This document shows, piece after piece, positions 1-10,195 of a DNA stretch of 64,000 nt (position 1 is the stretch's first letter; the number at the start of each line of letters is the position of its first letter). The translations under genes and the position numbers were made by a program. The notes beneath the pieces were generated by a model that was given only the letters and a program-made list of their open reading frames with translations, was not told the origin of the DNA and ran no database searches. Source of the DNA: Verrucomicrobiota bacterium (GTDB lineage: Bacteria > Verrucomicrobiota > Verrucomicrobiia > Opitutales > Cerasicoccaceae); the NCBI GenBank assembly GCA_039818205.1, contig JBCBUK010000004.1, positions 200,302-264,301 of the forward strand, given 5' to 3'.

Positions 1-466
1 GGTCTATGTCTTCGACAATCGTCTGACCAAAGCGTTGAGCAAGCGTCTCGCAGAGCTGCTTGATACTCACGATTTGCTTCATCGAGCTGCACAAGAAGCA
101 AAGCAAGGTTTCTCCAAAAGGCTGCCTGAGTATCCGTAAGCCTGGCAATGGATCCATGGCCGAGGCCAAGGATGGGTCGCTGCGCCAGGGTAGTTGATCG
201 ATCCGTAGATTGTGATCCTGATCTGGTCGGAGGTAGCCAGCGATCGTGCTCGAGACTCGATCTGCGATATAGGCTGGGGCCCTCCATTGCACAATACCAT
301 CTTGCGAGCGGAGTTCGGCGACATGGTTACTCCAGCTGCCTATCCAGCTATGCTCGTCTGTTGGGTTCCACCGGAACGCTTGGCCACCATCGAGTACTTC
401 CGCCAATACGCTGGGCGAGCAGTGGACACTGGGTTCCACGGATTGCCATGGGGACCAGTCACTCAC
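1..466 (-). CDS. 8-oxoguanine DNA glycosylase (OGG1-like, HhH-GPD family), 5' part; runs off the window edge
   Basis: Not in the ORF track. Manual translation from GTG at 466 is open to base 1: MSDWSPW...LAEVLDGGQAFRW...GLRILRQPFGETLLCFLCSSMKQIVSIKQLCETLAQRFG, matching the OGG1 GQxFRW and GLRILRQ/FLCSS motifs. Confidence 0.85.
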   Translation of the reverse strand, partial: MSDWSPWQSVEPSVHCSPSVLAEVLDGGQAFRWNPTDEHSWIGSWSNHVAELRSQDGIVQWRAPAYIADRVSSTIAGYLRPDQDHNLRIDQLPWRSDPSLASAMDPLPGLRILRQPFGETLLCFLCSSMKQIVSIKQLCETLAQRFGQTIVEDID

Positions 467-472
467 CGGCGC

Positions 473-976
473 TTAGTTTTCGTCAGCCGACGGTTTGCTC
501 CAAAGGAAGCTGTTCCTTGTGGCAACAACCGTTCCATCCGGGCTGCGGAGTCGAACTCGCCATGCGACTGGTGCCTCTTCATCGGCGGGAACATCGTCTC
601 CAGTAAAGCCCAGCCAAAATTCGCGGTGCGATTTACAATTCTCCGGGAAGGGGAAAATCTTGCTTACGGGCTGTTTCATATCAGGCCGAATAATTTCGAC
701 CTCGAACGAACAGTTGGCTGGCATGTCCTCAGCAAATTCGGAAATGCGGGTAATGAAATATAAGCCCTCGCGAGATTCGGGATCCGACCGAATGATGACC
801 TTTCGTCCCGAACGCTCGACACCGTCAAAATACTCGCCAATGCGTTTGAAGGCCTGCTCCGGTTTGTAATACCAAACCACGTTGTCGATTTCCACTTGCT
901 TGATCGCGGGCGGATTCTCCGCCCAGAGATTCAAACCCATAAGGCAGGAAATGATGACTGGCCAAAATTTTTGCAT
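473..976 (-). CDS. Hypothetical secreted protein (167 aa)
   Basis: Signal-peptide-like N-terminus (MQKFWPVIISCLMGLNLWA); co-oriented between dxr and the OGG1-like gene with short gaps. Confidence 0.75.
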   Translation of the reverse strand: MQKFWPVIISCLMGLNLWAENPPAIKQVEIDNVVWYYKPEQAFKRIGEYFDGVERSGRKVIIRSDPESREGLYFITRISEFAEDMPANCSFEVEIIRPDMKQPVSKIFPFPENCKSHREFWLGFTGDDVPADEEAPVAWRVRLRSPDGTVVATRNSFLWSKPSADEN

Positions 977-1030
977 GACTGCTGGTGTCTAAGGCGTTGA
1001 GTGGGTCGGCGCGAGCCTTTTTGGCGTAGT

Positions 1031-2212
1031 CTAGACGACCACGGAACTCGCCGGGATTTTTTTGACGATTTCTGCTGCGATGCGGCGCGCCTCGGTATCG
1101 GCCTCCAATATCGGATCAAGCCCATCCGGGTCGCAGGCAGGCACGATGCTTAGGGTCTGCTCAATCACCCGTGCAATGTCACAGTAGCCGATTTTCTCGT
1201 GGTAGAACGCGTCCACCGCAACCTCGTTGGAGGCGTTGAAAACTGCCGGGGCAACGCCTTCTGCATCCATAGCTTCCATGGCGAGGCGCAGGCACGGGAA
1301 CAGTTCGTAGTTGGGAGGGCGAAAATCCAGTTGAAGCACCTCGCTGAAATCAATGGTCTGGTCGACTCCGGCAGCGCGTTCTGGGTAGAGCAGGGAGTGC
1401 TGGATTGCGAAAGTCATGATAGGCGGCGACAGGTGAGCGATAAACGAGCCGTCCACATATTGGACCATCGAGTGAACAATGCTTTGCGGATGCACAACGA
1501 CATCAATTTGGTCCCGGTTCTTACCGAAGAGCCAGTGAGCCTCGATGACCTCGAGGCCTTTGTTTGCCATCGTTGAGGAATCGATGGTGATCTTTGGCCC
1601 CATGTCCCAATTGGGATGTTTGAGTGCCTGGGCCTTGGTCACGTGGCGCATCTCCTCGGCGGTAAAGTCGCGAAATGGACCGCCGGACGCAGTCAGAATC
1701 AACTTGTGAATATCAACGTCGCGTTCCCCTTGGAGGCATTGGAAAATGGCGTTGTGCTCGCTGTCGAGTGGGAGGATGCGGCAGTTGTGCTTGCGAGCCG
1801 CGGCCATGACGACTTTTCCGGCCATCACCAAGATCTCCTTACTCGCGAGAGCAATGTCTTTACCACACTCAATCGCCGCAAGGGTCGGCTTCAAGGACAG
1901 TGTGCCCACGACAGCCGAGGCAATGAGCTCGGCTTCAGGCAGGCAGGAAAGCTCAATCAAGCCTTCAAGGCCTCGGTAGAAGATCGTGCCTTCGGGAAAC
2001 TCACCGCTTTTCTCGGCATCCGCGTAGGCATCGTCATCAAAGATACCGACGTGGAGGACCTTGAATTCGTGCGCGATCTTCGCCAATTCGCGCCAACGCT
2101 TGCGTCCAGCGATGCCTACGATTTCGAGTTTGTCCGGATGTTTGTTGACGACGCGGCGGGTGCTTTCACCAATTGAGCCAGTCGCTCCCAGCAGAACAAT
2201 TTTTTTTGGCAT
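1031..2212 (-). CDS. dxr: 1-deoxy-D-xylulose-5-phosphate reductoisomerase
   Basis: LGATGSIG NADPH motif, LPLDSEHNAIFQ, LTASGGPFR, HPNWDMGPKITIDSSTMANKGLEVIEAH. Confidence 0.98.
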   Translation of the reverse strand: MPKKIVLLGATGSIGESTRRVVNKHPDKLEIVGIAGRKRWRELAKIAHEFKVLHVGIFDDDAYADAEKSGEFPEGTIFYRGLEGLIELSCLPEAELIASAVVGTLSLKPTLAAIECGKDIALASKEILVMAGKVVMAAARKHNCRILPLDSEHNAIFQCLQGERDVDIHKLILTASGGPFRDFTAEEMRHVTKAQALKHPNWDMGPKITIDSSTMANKGLEVIEAHWLFGKNRDQIDVVVHPQSIVHSMVQYVDGSFIAHLSPPIMTFAIQHSLLYPERAAGVDQTIDFSEVLQLDFRPPNYELFPCLRLAMEAMDAEGVAPAVFNASNEVAVDAFYHEKIGYCDIARVIEQTLSIVPACDPDGLDPILEADTEARRIAAEIVKKIPASSVVV

Positions 2213-2253
2213 GAGAGAGTAATTCGGGAATCAGTCGTTAGTAGCGTAGTTTC

Positions 2254-3051
2254 TTAGTAAAGGTATTTGAACAGCAGGAATGCGATCGGTCCACAAAGGA
2301 CAAGGCTGTCCACCAGGTCAAACGCACCACCGATGCCAGGTATTATTGAGCCGGAGTCTTTCACACCGGCCCAACGCTTGAGCTGCGATTCGATCAAGTC
2401 ACTCACGATGGCGATGGCACCGAGTAGCGCGCCAATAAATGCGGTCTTGAGGATTGGCATCTCGATTGGGCTGTAGTCGCGCAGAACGATGGCCAGTAGG
2501 ACACCAACGCCAGAAGAGGCGAGGATTCCGCCAACGGCTCCTTCCACTGTTTTACCGGGACTGATCGCTGGAGCGAGTTTGGTTTTTCCAAATTGTTTGC
2601 CGACCAGCAGCCCGCCGACGTCAGAAAATTTTGCTACGGCAATGACCCAGATCGGGAGAAATAAGGATTCCCGGTAGTCGAGCAGTAGGCCATAGAACTG
2701 CATCAGGAAGGGTAGGTATACCAAGCCAAAGAGGGTGGGCAGGATACGTTGCCCGATCTTCGACGTGCCAAGGACCGTCAAAGATAGTATCATCAAGGCA
2801 ATGATTGAAACTTCCATCGCGCTGGAAGCGGGCAAAAAGTAGCTGCTAAAAACAACGCCGACGCCGAGCACGACGCCCAGCAGCTTCATTGGGCGGGCTT
2901 TGCCGCCAACTTCCATCAGGCCATAGAATTCGAGTTGGGCTAAAGCGGTGGCTGTGGCGAGCAAGGCGACACCACCGAAATTGCCGAATATCAACACGAT
3001 GGCAATGATCCCGCCCCAGAGGCCGAGAGTGCTTATGATACGGGCCTTCAC
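2254..3051 (-). CDS. cdsA: Phosphatidate cytidylyltransferase
   Basis: Multi-TM protein with ISPGKTVEG and DLIESQLKRWAGVKDSG..IPG.GG..D..DS motifs. Start placed at GTG 3051, which overlaps the uppS TGA (GTGA). Confidence 0.95.
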   Translation of the reverse strand: MKARIISTLGLWGGIIAIVLIFGNFGGVALLATATALAQLEFYGLMEVGGKARPMKLLGVVLGVGVVFSSYFLPASSAMEVSIIALMILSLTVLGTSKIGQRILPTLFGLVYLPFLMQFYGLLLDYRESLFLPIWVIAVAKFSDVGGLLVGKQFGKTKLAPAISPGKTVEGAVGGILASSGVGVLLAIVLRDYSPIEMPILKTAFIGALLGAIAIVSDLIESQLKRWAGVKDSGSIIPGIGGAFDLVDSLVLCGPIAFLLFKYLY

Positions 3052-3806
3052 GAATTGGCTATCGCGTGACTCGGCGATTGCTGAACCTGCTCGCCCGTCT
3101 TTCCGAAGCGGCGTTCGCGTTGCTGATAGCACTCGACTGCTTTCAGAAAGTGTTCACGGCCAAATTCGGGCCAGAAAACTGGGCTGAAAAACAGCTCAGA
3201 GTAGGCGCATTGCATGAGCAGGAAATTGGAAATCCGACTTTCCCCGGACGTCCGGATCAGCAGGTCGGGATCAGGCGTGCCTTTCGTGTAGAGGTAGCGT
3301 TCAAAGTGTGGCCAGTCGAGGTGGCGTGGATCTTCGCGTCCGTCACTAACGGCTTCGGCGTATGTGCGAACTGCGTCCAAAATTTCGGTCCGGGACCCGT
3401 AGTTCAGCGCAACATTTAGTTGGCGCTCGGTAAAATCTTTCGTTTCGTCCAGTGCTTTGCGGAGTGGGCGCTGCACGCGTTCGGGAAGCTCTTCCGGGCG
3501 GCCGATGACGTTTAGGCGGACTTCATTCTTGAGGAGATCTTTGAGGTTCCGTTTCAAGAAAAGCTCGAGAAGGTCCATTAGCGAGGCAATCTCATCGGGC
3601 GGACGCTGCCAGTTCTCCACGGAAAACGCAAAGAGTGTGAGGTGCTCCAGATTGATGTCCCGCGCGACCTTCATAATCTCGCGAACATTTTCTACTCCAC
3701 GGCGGTGTCCCTCAATTCGAGGAAGGCCTCGTTGGCGCGCCCAGCGACCATTTCCATCCATAATGATGGCGACGTGTCGTAAATGGTTTTGGCGCTTCTG
3801 ATCCAT
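3048..3806 (-). CDS. uppS: Undecaprenyl-diphosphate synthase (cis-isoprenyl transferase)
   Basis: HVAIIMDGNGRWA, FSVENWQRP, DLLIRTSGESRISNFLL; classic uppS-cdsA-dxr order. Confidence 0.97.
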   Translation of the reverse strand: MDQKRQNHLRHVAIIMDGNGRWARQRGLPRIEGHRRGVENVREIMKVARDINLEHLTLFAFSVENWQRPPDEIASLMDLLELFLKRNLKDLLKNEVRLNVIGRPEELPERVQRPLRKALDETKDFTERQLNVALNYGSRTEILDAVRTYAEAVSDGREDPRHLDWPHFERYLYTKGTPDPDLLIRTSGESRISNFLLMQCAYSELFFSPVFWPEFGREHFLKAVECYQQRERRFGKTGEQVQQSPSHAIANS

Positions 3807-4053
3807 GCCCAAGGTAGATTGATTGCTGGCGTGTATGTTCCCCTGAAATTACGTTATAGACAATACTTTACCTTGCCGGAGCGGCATTGGCATTGCAACG
3901 AAAAATGAGAGATCTCGACCATTGGATCCTAGGGCCAAGTCCTATTTATTGAATTCGACCGATCAGGAACATTGATCCCGAAAGTTGTTCTATGGGTTTG
4001 TCAGACAAGTATTTATATGTTTAGATTAAATACGTAGAAACACCCGAAAAATT

Positions 4054-5391
4054 ATGCACCCCTATATCGAACGGACCCTGACTAAGGTTCGCCAGCGCAA
4101 TCATAGCGAACCCATTTTCCTCCAGGCTGTCGACGAAGTCATCATGACGCTGGAGCCCATCATCTTGGAGCATCCGGAGATCGTCGATCTCAACCTGCTG
4201 GAGAGACTTTGTGAACCCGAGCGCCAATTGATTTTCCGAGTCGTTTGGAAAGGTGACGATGGTCTAGTCCACACCACGCGCGGATTCCGAATCGAATTCT
4301 CGTCGGTGCTTGGCCCATTCAAAGGCGGGCTTCGATTTCAGCCCAATGTGAACATGGGCGTGATGAAGTTTCTTGGATTCGAGCAAGTATTCAAAAATAG
4401 CCTGACGGGCTTGAACATTGGCGGCGGTAAGGGCGGAGCGGAATTTGATCCTCACGGTAAGAGTGACGATGAAATTATGCGATTTTGCCAGGCCTTCATG
4501 AGCGAGCTTTTCCGCCACATCGGCGCACAACGTGATGTGCCCGCGGGGGATATGGGTGTTGGTGCTCGCGAAATCGGGTATCTCTTTGGCCAATACAAGC
4601 GCCTGACGAATCGTTATGAGCTCGGTGTTTTGACCGGCAAGGGCGTCGGTTGGGGCGGCTCGCAGGCACGGACGGAAGCAACCGGCTTTGGCGTCGTCTA
4701 TTTTGCCGAGGAGATGATGCACGCCGCTGGCGACGATCTGACGGGTAAACGGGCAATCGTTTCCGGGGCGGGCAATGTCGCGACCTATGCGATGAAGAAA
4801 CTCCAGGATTTGGGTGCCACGGTAGTCGCCTGCTCGGACTCGACCGGCACCGTTTATCACGAGGAGGGTATCGATGTCTCGACTATCAAGCAACTTGGCG
4901 AAGTGGAACGAAAACACATCAGTGCCTACCGCGATTTTCACTCGGATGCGATCTTTCGAGAAGGCGCTAAGGTATGGGATGTGCCCTGCGATATCGCTTT
5001 CCCCTGTGCGACTCAAAACGAATTGGATGGCAATGACGCCCGCAGCTTGATCGATAACGGCGTTAAGCTGATCTGCGAAGGGGCGAATATGCCGTGCACA
5101 CCAGAGGCAATCGACTTGTTTCGGGACTCAGGTATTCTATTTGGACCAGCTAAAGCAGCCAATGCGGGCGGGGTTGCCGTGTCGGCGCTCGAGATGCAAC
5201 AGAACGCCGGTCTGGAACGCTGGTCTTTTCAACAGGTTGACGAAGAATTGCGAACTATAATGCGTGGCATTTTTGAACAATGCACCCACTGCGCGGCTAA
5301 GTATTCTACCCCAAATGACTACATCACCGGGGCCAATATAGGGGGATTTTTGAGGGTGGCGCAGGCCATGATTAGCCACGGGCTCTTGTAA
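4054..5391 (+). CDS. gdhA: NADP-specific glutamate dehydrogenase
   Basis: GPFKGGLRF, GGGKGG, DVPAGDMGVG, GVLTGKG, PCATQNE, EGANMP, PAKAANAGGVAVS. Confidence 0.96.
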   Translation: MHPYIERTLTKVRQRNHSEPIFLQAVDEVIMTLEPIILEHPEIVDLNLLERLCEPERQLIFRVVWKGDDGLVHTTRGFRIEFSSVLGPFKGGLRFQPNVNMGVMKFLGFEQVFKNSLTGLNIGGGKGGAEFDPHGKSDDEIMRFCQAFMSELFRHIGAQRDVPAGDMGVGAREIGYLFGQYKRLTNRYELGVLTGKGVGWGGSQARTEATGFGVVYFAEEMMHAAGDDLTGKRAIVSGAGNVATYAMKKLQDLGATVVACSDSTGTVYHEEGIDVSTIKQLGEVERKHISAYRDFHSDAIFREGAKVWDVPCDIAFPCATQNELDGNDARSLIDNGVKLICEGANMPCTPEAIDLFRDSGILFGPAKAANAGGVAVSALEMQQNAGLERWSFQQVDEELRTIMRGIFEQCTHCAAKYSTPNDYITGANIGGFLRVAQAMISHGLL

Positions 5392-5695
5392 TGATTTTAC
5401 ATGGGTATTTTACCATGTATTTACCCCCAGTTTGGGTTCTAGTTATCAATCACGGTGCTAGGTTTTCCGTATCTCGACTGAGGTATATCAGGCCATTTTT
5501 GCATTTGTGAAGAGTCGATTAATATGGTGTAAATTGTTGGTAGAAAGATGCTTTACCCCAAGCATGAGTTTGGCGTCTAACCTGCTTCTCTCCCAATTGA
5601 AAATTAACATTTGCTAAATGAATGTTGTGGTAATGTGCCTCTGTCGCTGTCCCTAATAGTGATAACTAAGAATCAAACCTAACCCGCCGAGCATT

Positions 5696-6091
5696 ATGGT
5701 TATCAAAGATACCAACTGTCGTTTAGTCCCTTATTTCCAAGTTCGCGAAGGTTATCTCAATCGCTTTAAATCTCTCGCCAAAGAGTTGGTCGCCCACAGT
5801 TCGGAAGACCCCAAGTGTCTATGCTGCGGATTTGCTTTTGATGGGTCTGCAGCACGATGCCAGGAGGAGTTTATGGATGCTGAAGGCGTCCTAACGCATC
5901 TGGGCAATGTTGGTCCGCTTATGGCCGATATCCTTGAGATCGCCGAGGTCTACCGTTTTGAGGTTCATGCTCCCGAGCCGGAGCTTTCCAAACTTAAAGA
6001 TGCAATGGCGGACTTGCAGGCCGATTTTTACGAAGTGGACGCCAGCATACGAAAAACCGCGAGTGTGGTTCCACGCATCGCGGTTGTGTAA
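5696..6091 (+). CDS. Dimeric alpha-beta barrel (ABM/quinol-monooxygenase-like) protein
   Basis: PYFQVREG..F..L....S.EDP.CL..GF.F....A.C.E.F.DAEG.L.H pattern typical of ABM-like barrels. Confidence 0.6.
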   Translation: MVIKDTNCRLVPYFQVREGYLNRFKSLAKELVAHSSEDPKCLCCGFAFDGSAARCQEEFMDAEGVLTHLGNVGPLMADILEIAEVYRFEVHAPEPELSKLKDAMADLQADFYEVDASIRKTASVVPRIAVV

Positions 6092-6129
6092 ATTAAGATC
6101 TGACCGAAACTTCTTTTAATAAGGCTCAT

Positions 6130-6699
6130 CTACATGATGGGCCGTTTCTTTCGGATCATTAGAGCAGCTGCGAACAAAATACCGCCAAAGGCTAGGGCAT
6201 AGGTGGACGGTTCCGGAACGAGTGTGGTCGTTACGCTGCTGAACCCGGAGCCATCAATCAGGAACAAATCAAGGTCGAGAATTGCAACTGCCTCCAGGCC
6301 TGCCTGTAGATTTGGGGCAAGGCCCGCGTAAGAAACAGATCCACCATTGCCGGCAATGGTGCTATAGTTTGAAGATCCTTCGAAGACAGTAAGCGCAACG
6401 TTGTCGGTGTCCGCCGTTACGGTAATTAGAGAAATACTCGTCGGGGTACCATCGGTCAGTAGGATGCTGGAAACGTCCACGGTATCATTTCCGGTTCCGC
6501 TAATCGGCGAATCAGTATCCCATGCGGTCAGGAATCCTGTTGGGCCGGTTGGTGTTCCGGTATCGCTCGTGGTGCCGAAACTCAAGGTCTTGTTGGTCGT
6601 GTTGATGCTCAGATTGAGAATCGCGTGACTGCTTTGGACGGTCGCCAAAATGAAGACCAATCCTAGGATGGCACGGTATGCCTTCGAAGATGTTTTCAT
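6130..6699 (-). CDS. PEP-CTERM surface protein
   Basis: Signal peptide MKTSSKAYRAILGLVFILATVQSSHA; Thr/Gly/Ser-rich body; C-terminal VPEPSTYALAFGGILFAAALMIRKKR. Confidence 0.92.
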   Translation of the reverse strand: MKTSSKAYRAILGLVFILATVQSSHAILNLSINTTNKTLSFGTTSDTGTPTGPTGFLTAWDTDSPISGTGNDTVDVSSILLTDGTPTSISLITVTADTDNVALTVFEGSSNYSTIAGNGGSVSYAGLAPNLQAGLEAVAILDLDLFLIDGSGFSSVTTTLVPEPSTYALAFGGILFAAALMIRKKRPIM

Positions 6700-6731
6700 G
6701 GTGTAGTCGTGTGGTAGTTTAAAACAACTGT

Positions 6732-6760
6732 AAAATGTCATCACACTGCCACCTCGTCAA
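6732..6760 (-). promoter_or_regulatory. Sigma70-type promoter candidate TTGACG-N17-CATTTT for the PEP-CTERM gene
   Basis: Read directly on the minus strand, 32 nt upstream of ATG 6699; the same architecture occurs at 12093-12121. Confidence 0.5.
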
Positions 6761-6840
6761 CGAGATTGGTCTGAGGTTTACTCCTGATTCTACGTCCGGA
6801 ACTGTAACAATTGTTCAGTGGTCGATTCGCTGAGCCGATC

Positions 6841-9800
6841 CTACCGGGAGTAGATTAGAGGCTCCGAACTCTGGGGAAGTAATAGCTTCACCGTGTCGCG
6901 AAACGTTTCCGGAGCATCACCTGGTCCTGTTTGAAGCGTCCATTTGCCTTGCGCCCGAATGGTTGCCTTAACCGCATGGTCGGGTGATGGCTGAATCATC
7001 AGCTGATTGCCTTGCCAGGTTGCAGAGATCGGAGCATCCGCTTTTACCCGTTGTTTTTGCCACTCGGCTTCTCCGGGTGCCAGTAGAACGATTTCAGTAC
7101 TTTGTTTACGCAGCTTGATACACGCCGCTGTCCCGCGAAATGAGGCGTCGTCCAGGTCGGACTTTTCTTCCTCGTTACTTAGGAAGGCGTAGTCGCTACC
7201 CAGTAGGTGCTTCGCGTGGATGATTGTCTGCTTTCGATTGGTCTCAAAGGTTGGTTGCGGCTCATTGGGAAGACGCGGATACATAGCGAGGAAGTAGGCG
7301 CCATCGTCTGGTAGTTGGAGGTGAAAGAGGTCCTGGAATTCAGGCTTCTTTTGATAGATACCGCCGTAGCGGAGGGTGTGGCGGGGCGTGTCTTGGGGAG
7401 CGGCAACGTAATACTCGAGGAAGACGTCGAACTGCCCCTCGGCGGTGTAGCGATCGGAATGTGGCAATTGGCGCGCCGGGGTGATTGATTGGTCCAGTTT
7501 CGATTTTGGCGCCACCGATTGGTTGCTGGGATAGAGCTGGTTCGAAAGGGTCCAGAATTGCCAGGCAGTTGGCTCTCCTCCGCGGGTCGTGTCCCGGAGC
7601 ACGACGTAGCTGGGCCCGTTTGGATCGTGATCCTTGATGAAGAGAAGCTGCCGCGTGATGGTCAGGTCACTTCCTTTAGCGGCTTTCAAATTTGGGTATT
7701 GGGGCAGGTCTTTCGGAAGCCAATTGCGCCGATCAGCGCGATTGTTGGTTCGCTCTGTGCGCGCGTAGTCGGCGCCGGGAAACGTGCTAAATGCCTCGAA
7801 ACTCGTGTCTGAATAGTAACCAAATGGTTGCCCGCTGTTGCCTGGTTTGAAATTGCGCGCAAGCTGGACTCCTTCACTGGTTAGGGTGTGGCGCTCCTGC
7901 GTGCCGACCATGAACGTAAAATTGGTGCTGATCGGCTGGCCACGGCCGAACCACTGGACGATGTCGGTTACGCTTGGGGTCCAGATGTCCAAATTTCGGT
8001 CGGACTGTACGGCGCAGAGAAAATTGAGGTAATTTTCAGAATCGGTATTAAACGCCGAGCGAAATAGAACGCCAAGGTTTGGATAGAAGGATGTCACCGA
8101 TTTTGGGTCGGATGATGGCAAGTTGCGGTCGAGATAAAATGCGGCAAAACCGCCTAGCCGGGTATCGCCTGTCCATGGATTGAATCCGGACTCTTTCCAC
8201 GCCCATTGCATGCGGGCGGAGAATTCTGGGTCTTTATCCGCAGTCATTTGGGCTGCCATTCCAGCCACCGCAAGTCCTTCTCCGGTTGTGCCGCGACCGT
8301 AGGCTCCAGTCGCACGATGGCCTTCAAAGCGCGGATCTGGTGGGGTGAGCATGTTGGCAAAATACGCGACCAAGGATTTGAGCCGCTCGTCGTTTGTGAA
8401 GTCCCGATAACCCGCACGCTCGGCGGCGATGGCAAACGAGAGCATGGACTCCAGACTGACTATTCCATAGTGGCTGCCCTCGGGTAGCCAGTTGCCATTG
8501 CGGCTCAATTCACGATCCAACCAGGCATCCAGCCAATCGGCTGCATAGTTTGCCCATTTGTCGGCCATGGGGTGGTCGCGCAGCACGCAGGCCACGACCC
8601 CTAAGCTCATGATGTAGGAGACATGCATGTTTGGGTTGCCGGTTCCGTAGCCTCGCTCCGAGGACCAACACATCGGATCGGCAAGGACGTAGCCCAAATA
8701 GGCCATCTGAGCCCGCATTCGTTCTCGCTGGTCTGGCGAGATCAGCGGCGAGTCGATAAGGGCATCGTATAGTCCGGCGACGGCAATTGCCTTTCGCATA
8801 ACATCGAAGTTTCCGAGTTTCCCAAGGTCTTTCTCCAGTTGCTCAACCAGCTTTGCCTCGAGCCGAGTTCGCTGGTTGGTTTGCTTTCTCGTCGGGTTGC
8901 TGGGTGTCGGGCCGAGTAGATTGAATAGGTCGCGATCCAGCGCAAAATAACGTTTGAACTCGTCCTCGTACTGATTTCGCGCGGCGATTGTTTTTGCGTC
9001 CACAAAAAGTAGTGGGTGCTTTGAATTTTCGTCCCAATCTAGGACGAGTTGGTTCGCTTCGAGAAACTCTTGCCCAATGATCGGATCGCCTGCCGCGACC
9101 GTCCATTCACGGTTACTCGGAACCAGTTTCGCTTTTAGTGAAATAAAGCCAGATTCCTCAAGGCGAATGGGCATAACTCGGGATTTCCACCCGTTCCACA
9201 TCGTTCCTGGCAGTGAGAGGTCCCACTTAGTGCCCCCGTAGTAGGTCTGTGTTTCGGCAGCAGGAACCCAACCACCTGGGTTGTGACTTTGGATTTGAAG
9301 GCCGCCGTGGGAGTCCCATGTCAGGTGGCTTGGGTTCTCGCGAAAAATGCCCATGATGCTGGTATTTGGGCCAAGATTCACAGGTCTATTTGCTAGCGAA
9401 TTAGCAGGCATGGTCTGGTCTTTTCTGGACCACTGGCCATATCCTTTTCGGAGTATAATTGTCCGGGCGTCGGGATTAGCGGGCAGGAAAAAGATCACGC
9501 TTGATGCCGGTTCCCTAGCGTTTGTCGCGAGCTGGAATCGAATCGCGTTGTTTCCTGCGATAGCGGTAGCGGTTAGACTGATGTAGGAGTCATCAAGTAG
9601 TTGATAGCGTACCCTGACTTGTGCGAATACGGGCCCCTTGGCTAATACTTTTGTTTCCCAATATTTCACGCGATCGAGTCTAATCCACTCGCTCGCAGGG
9701 CTCCGGGGACCTTCGCCAAACTGCACTCCTAGGACAGGGGGAGGGCAGCTTTGGCGTCCGTTTTGAGGAAGCCAGATTTGGACTGCTCCGGTCGATAGGT

Positions 9801-10188
9801 GGATCTCGGATGAGCTTTCGGCGACGCTCAACGAGGTTGAGGCGGTCTTTGATGGACTGGTATCGGTCAGCTCAAATCGCACTTGGCTGAACGGTTTTAT
9901 CTCGTCTAGCACAAACCAAAGTTTCCCCGACTGCACTTGGCCATGTGGGTCGACCTTGAGATCTGTGATCTGAAACGGTACCTCTCGATCGTCATTGAGA
10001 AGCCTGAGCTGATCGATATTCGAGTCGACTGGGTCGATCTGAACCGCAACGAGTTCACGGTTATGTTCGCGACCAATCTTTTCCGTTATCTCTATGGATT
10101 GCGTTGCCGCAACAAGTCCCGTCCAGGAAGAAAAAGAGAGAAGGAGGATCGATACCCAGGCGCCAACGCGTTGCACGATCACGCCCAT
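6841..10188 (-). CDS. Large secreted protein with heparinase II/III-like (alpha/alpha toroid + beta-sandwich) polysaccharide-lyase-like architecture
   Basis: Signal peptide; HPLLF at the start of a helical region, GNPNMH, GNWLPEGSHYG (EGxxY), then a beta-rich GVLFRS...ENYLNF...RQLLFIKD...YVVLRD region. Family assignment is by pattern only. Confidence 0.55.
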   Translation of the reverse strand: MGVIVQRVGAWVSILLLSFSSWTGLVAATQSIEITEKIGREHNRELVAVQIDPVDSNIDQLRLLNDDREVPFQITDLKVDPHGQVQSGKLWFVLDEIKPFSQVRFELTDTSPSKTASTSLSVAESSSEIHLSTGAVQIWLPQNGRQSCPPPVLGVQFGEGPRSPASEWIRLDRVKYWETKVLAKGPVFAQVRVRYQLLDDSYISLTATAIAGNNAIRFQLATNAREPASSVIFFLPANPDARTIILRKGYGQWSRKDQTMPANSLANRPVNLGPNTSIMGIFRENPSHLTWDSHGGLQIQSHNPGGWVPAAETQTYYGGTKWDLSLPGTMWNGWKSRVMPIRLEESGFISLKAKLVPSNREWTVAAGDPIIGQEFLEANQLVLDWDENSKHPLLFVDAKTIAARNQYEDEFKRYFALDRDLFNLLGPTPSNPTRKQTNQRTRLEAKLVEQLEKDLGKLGNFDVMRKAIAVAGLYDALIDSPLISPDQRERMRAQMAYLGYVLADPMCWSSERGYGTGNPNMHVSYIMSLGVVACVLRDHPMADKWANYAADWLDAWLDRELSRNGNWLPEGSHYGIVSLESMLSFAIAAERAGYRDFTNDERLKSLVAYFANMLTPPDPRFEGHRATGAYGRGTTGEGLAVAGMAAQMTADKDPEFSARMQWAWKESGFNPWTGDTRLGGFAAFYLDRNLPSSDPKSVTSFYPNLGVLFRSAFNTDSENYLNFLCAVQSDRNLDIWTPSVTDIVQWFGRGQPISTNFTFMVGTQERHTLTSEGVQLARNFKPGNSGQPFGYYSDTSFEAFSTFPGADYARTERTNNRADRRNWLPKDLPQYPNLKAAKGSDLTITRQLLFIKDHDPNGPSYVVLRDTTRGGEPTAWQFWTLSNQLYPSNQSVAPKSKLDQSITPARQLPHSDRYTAEGQFDVFLEYYVAAPQDTPRHTLRYGGIYQKKPEFQDLFHLQLPDDGAYFLAMYPRLPNEPQPTFETNRKQTIIHAKHLLGSDYAFLSNEEEKSDLDDASFRGTAACIKLRKQSTEIVLLAPGEAEWQKQRVKADAPISATWQGNQLMIQPSPDHAVKATIRAQGKWTLQTGPGDAPETFRDTVKLLLPQSSEPLIYSR

Positions 10189-10195
10189 CTCTCGT

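Noticed and set aside
148..869. Plus-strand ORFs 148-606, 212-763 and 495-869
   Set aside because: Shadows of the minus-strand OGG1-like and hypothetical genes; no family motifs.
4264..5016. 250-aa ORF antisense to gdhA
   Set aside because: Antisense shadow typical of GC-rich conserved genes; no independent coding signal.
5398..5419. Palindrome TACATGG-N8-CCATGTA after gdhA and loosely similar TAGG/ATGGG motifs in AT-rich spacers
   Set aside because: Could be a weak terminator or LuxR/NarL-type sites, but too degenerate to support by eye.
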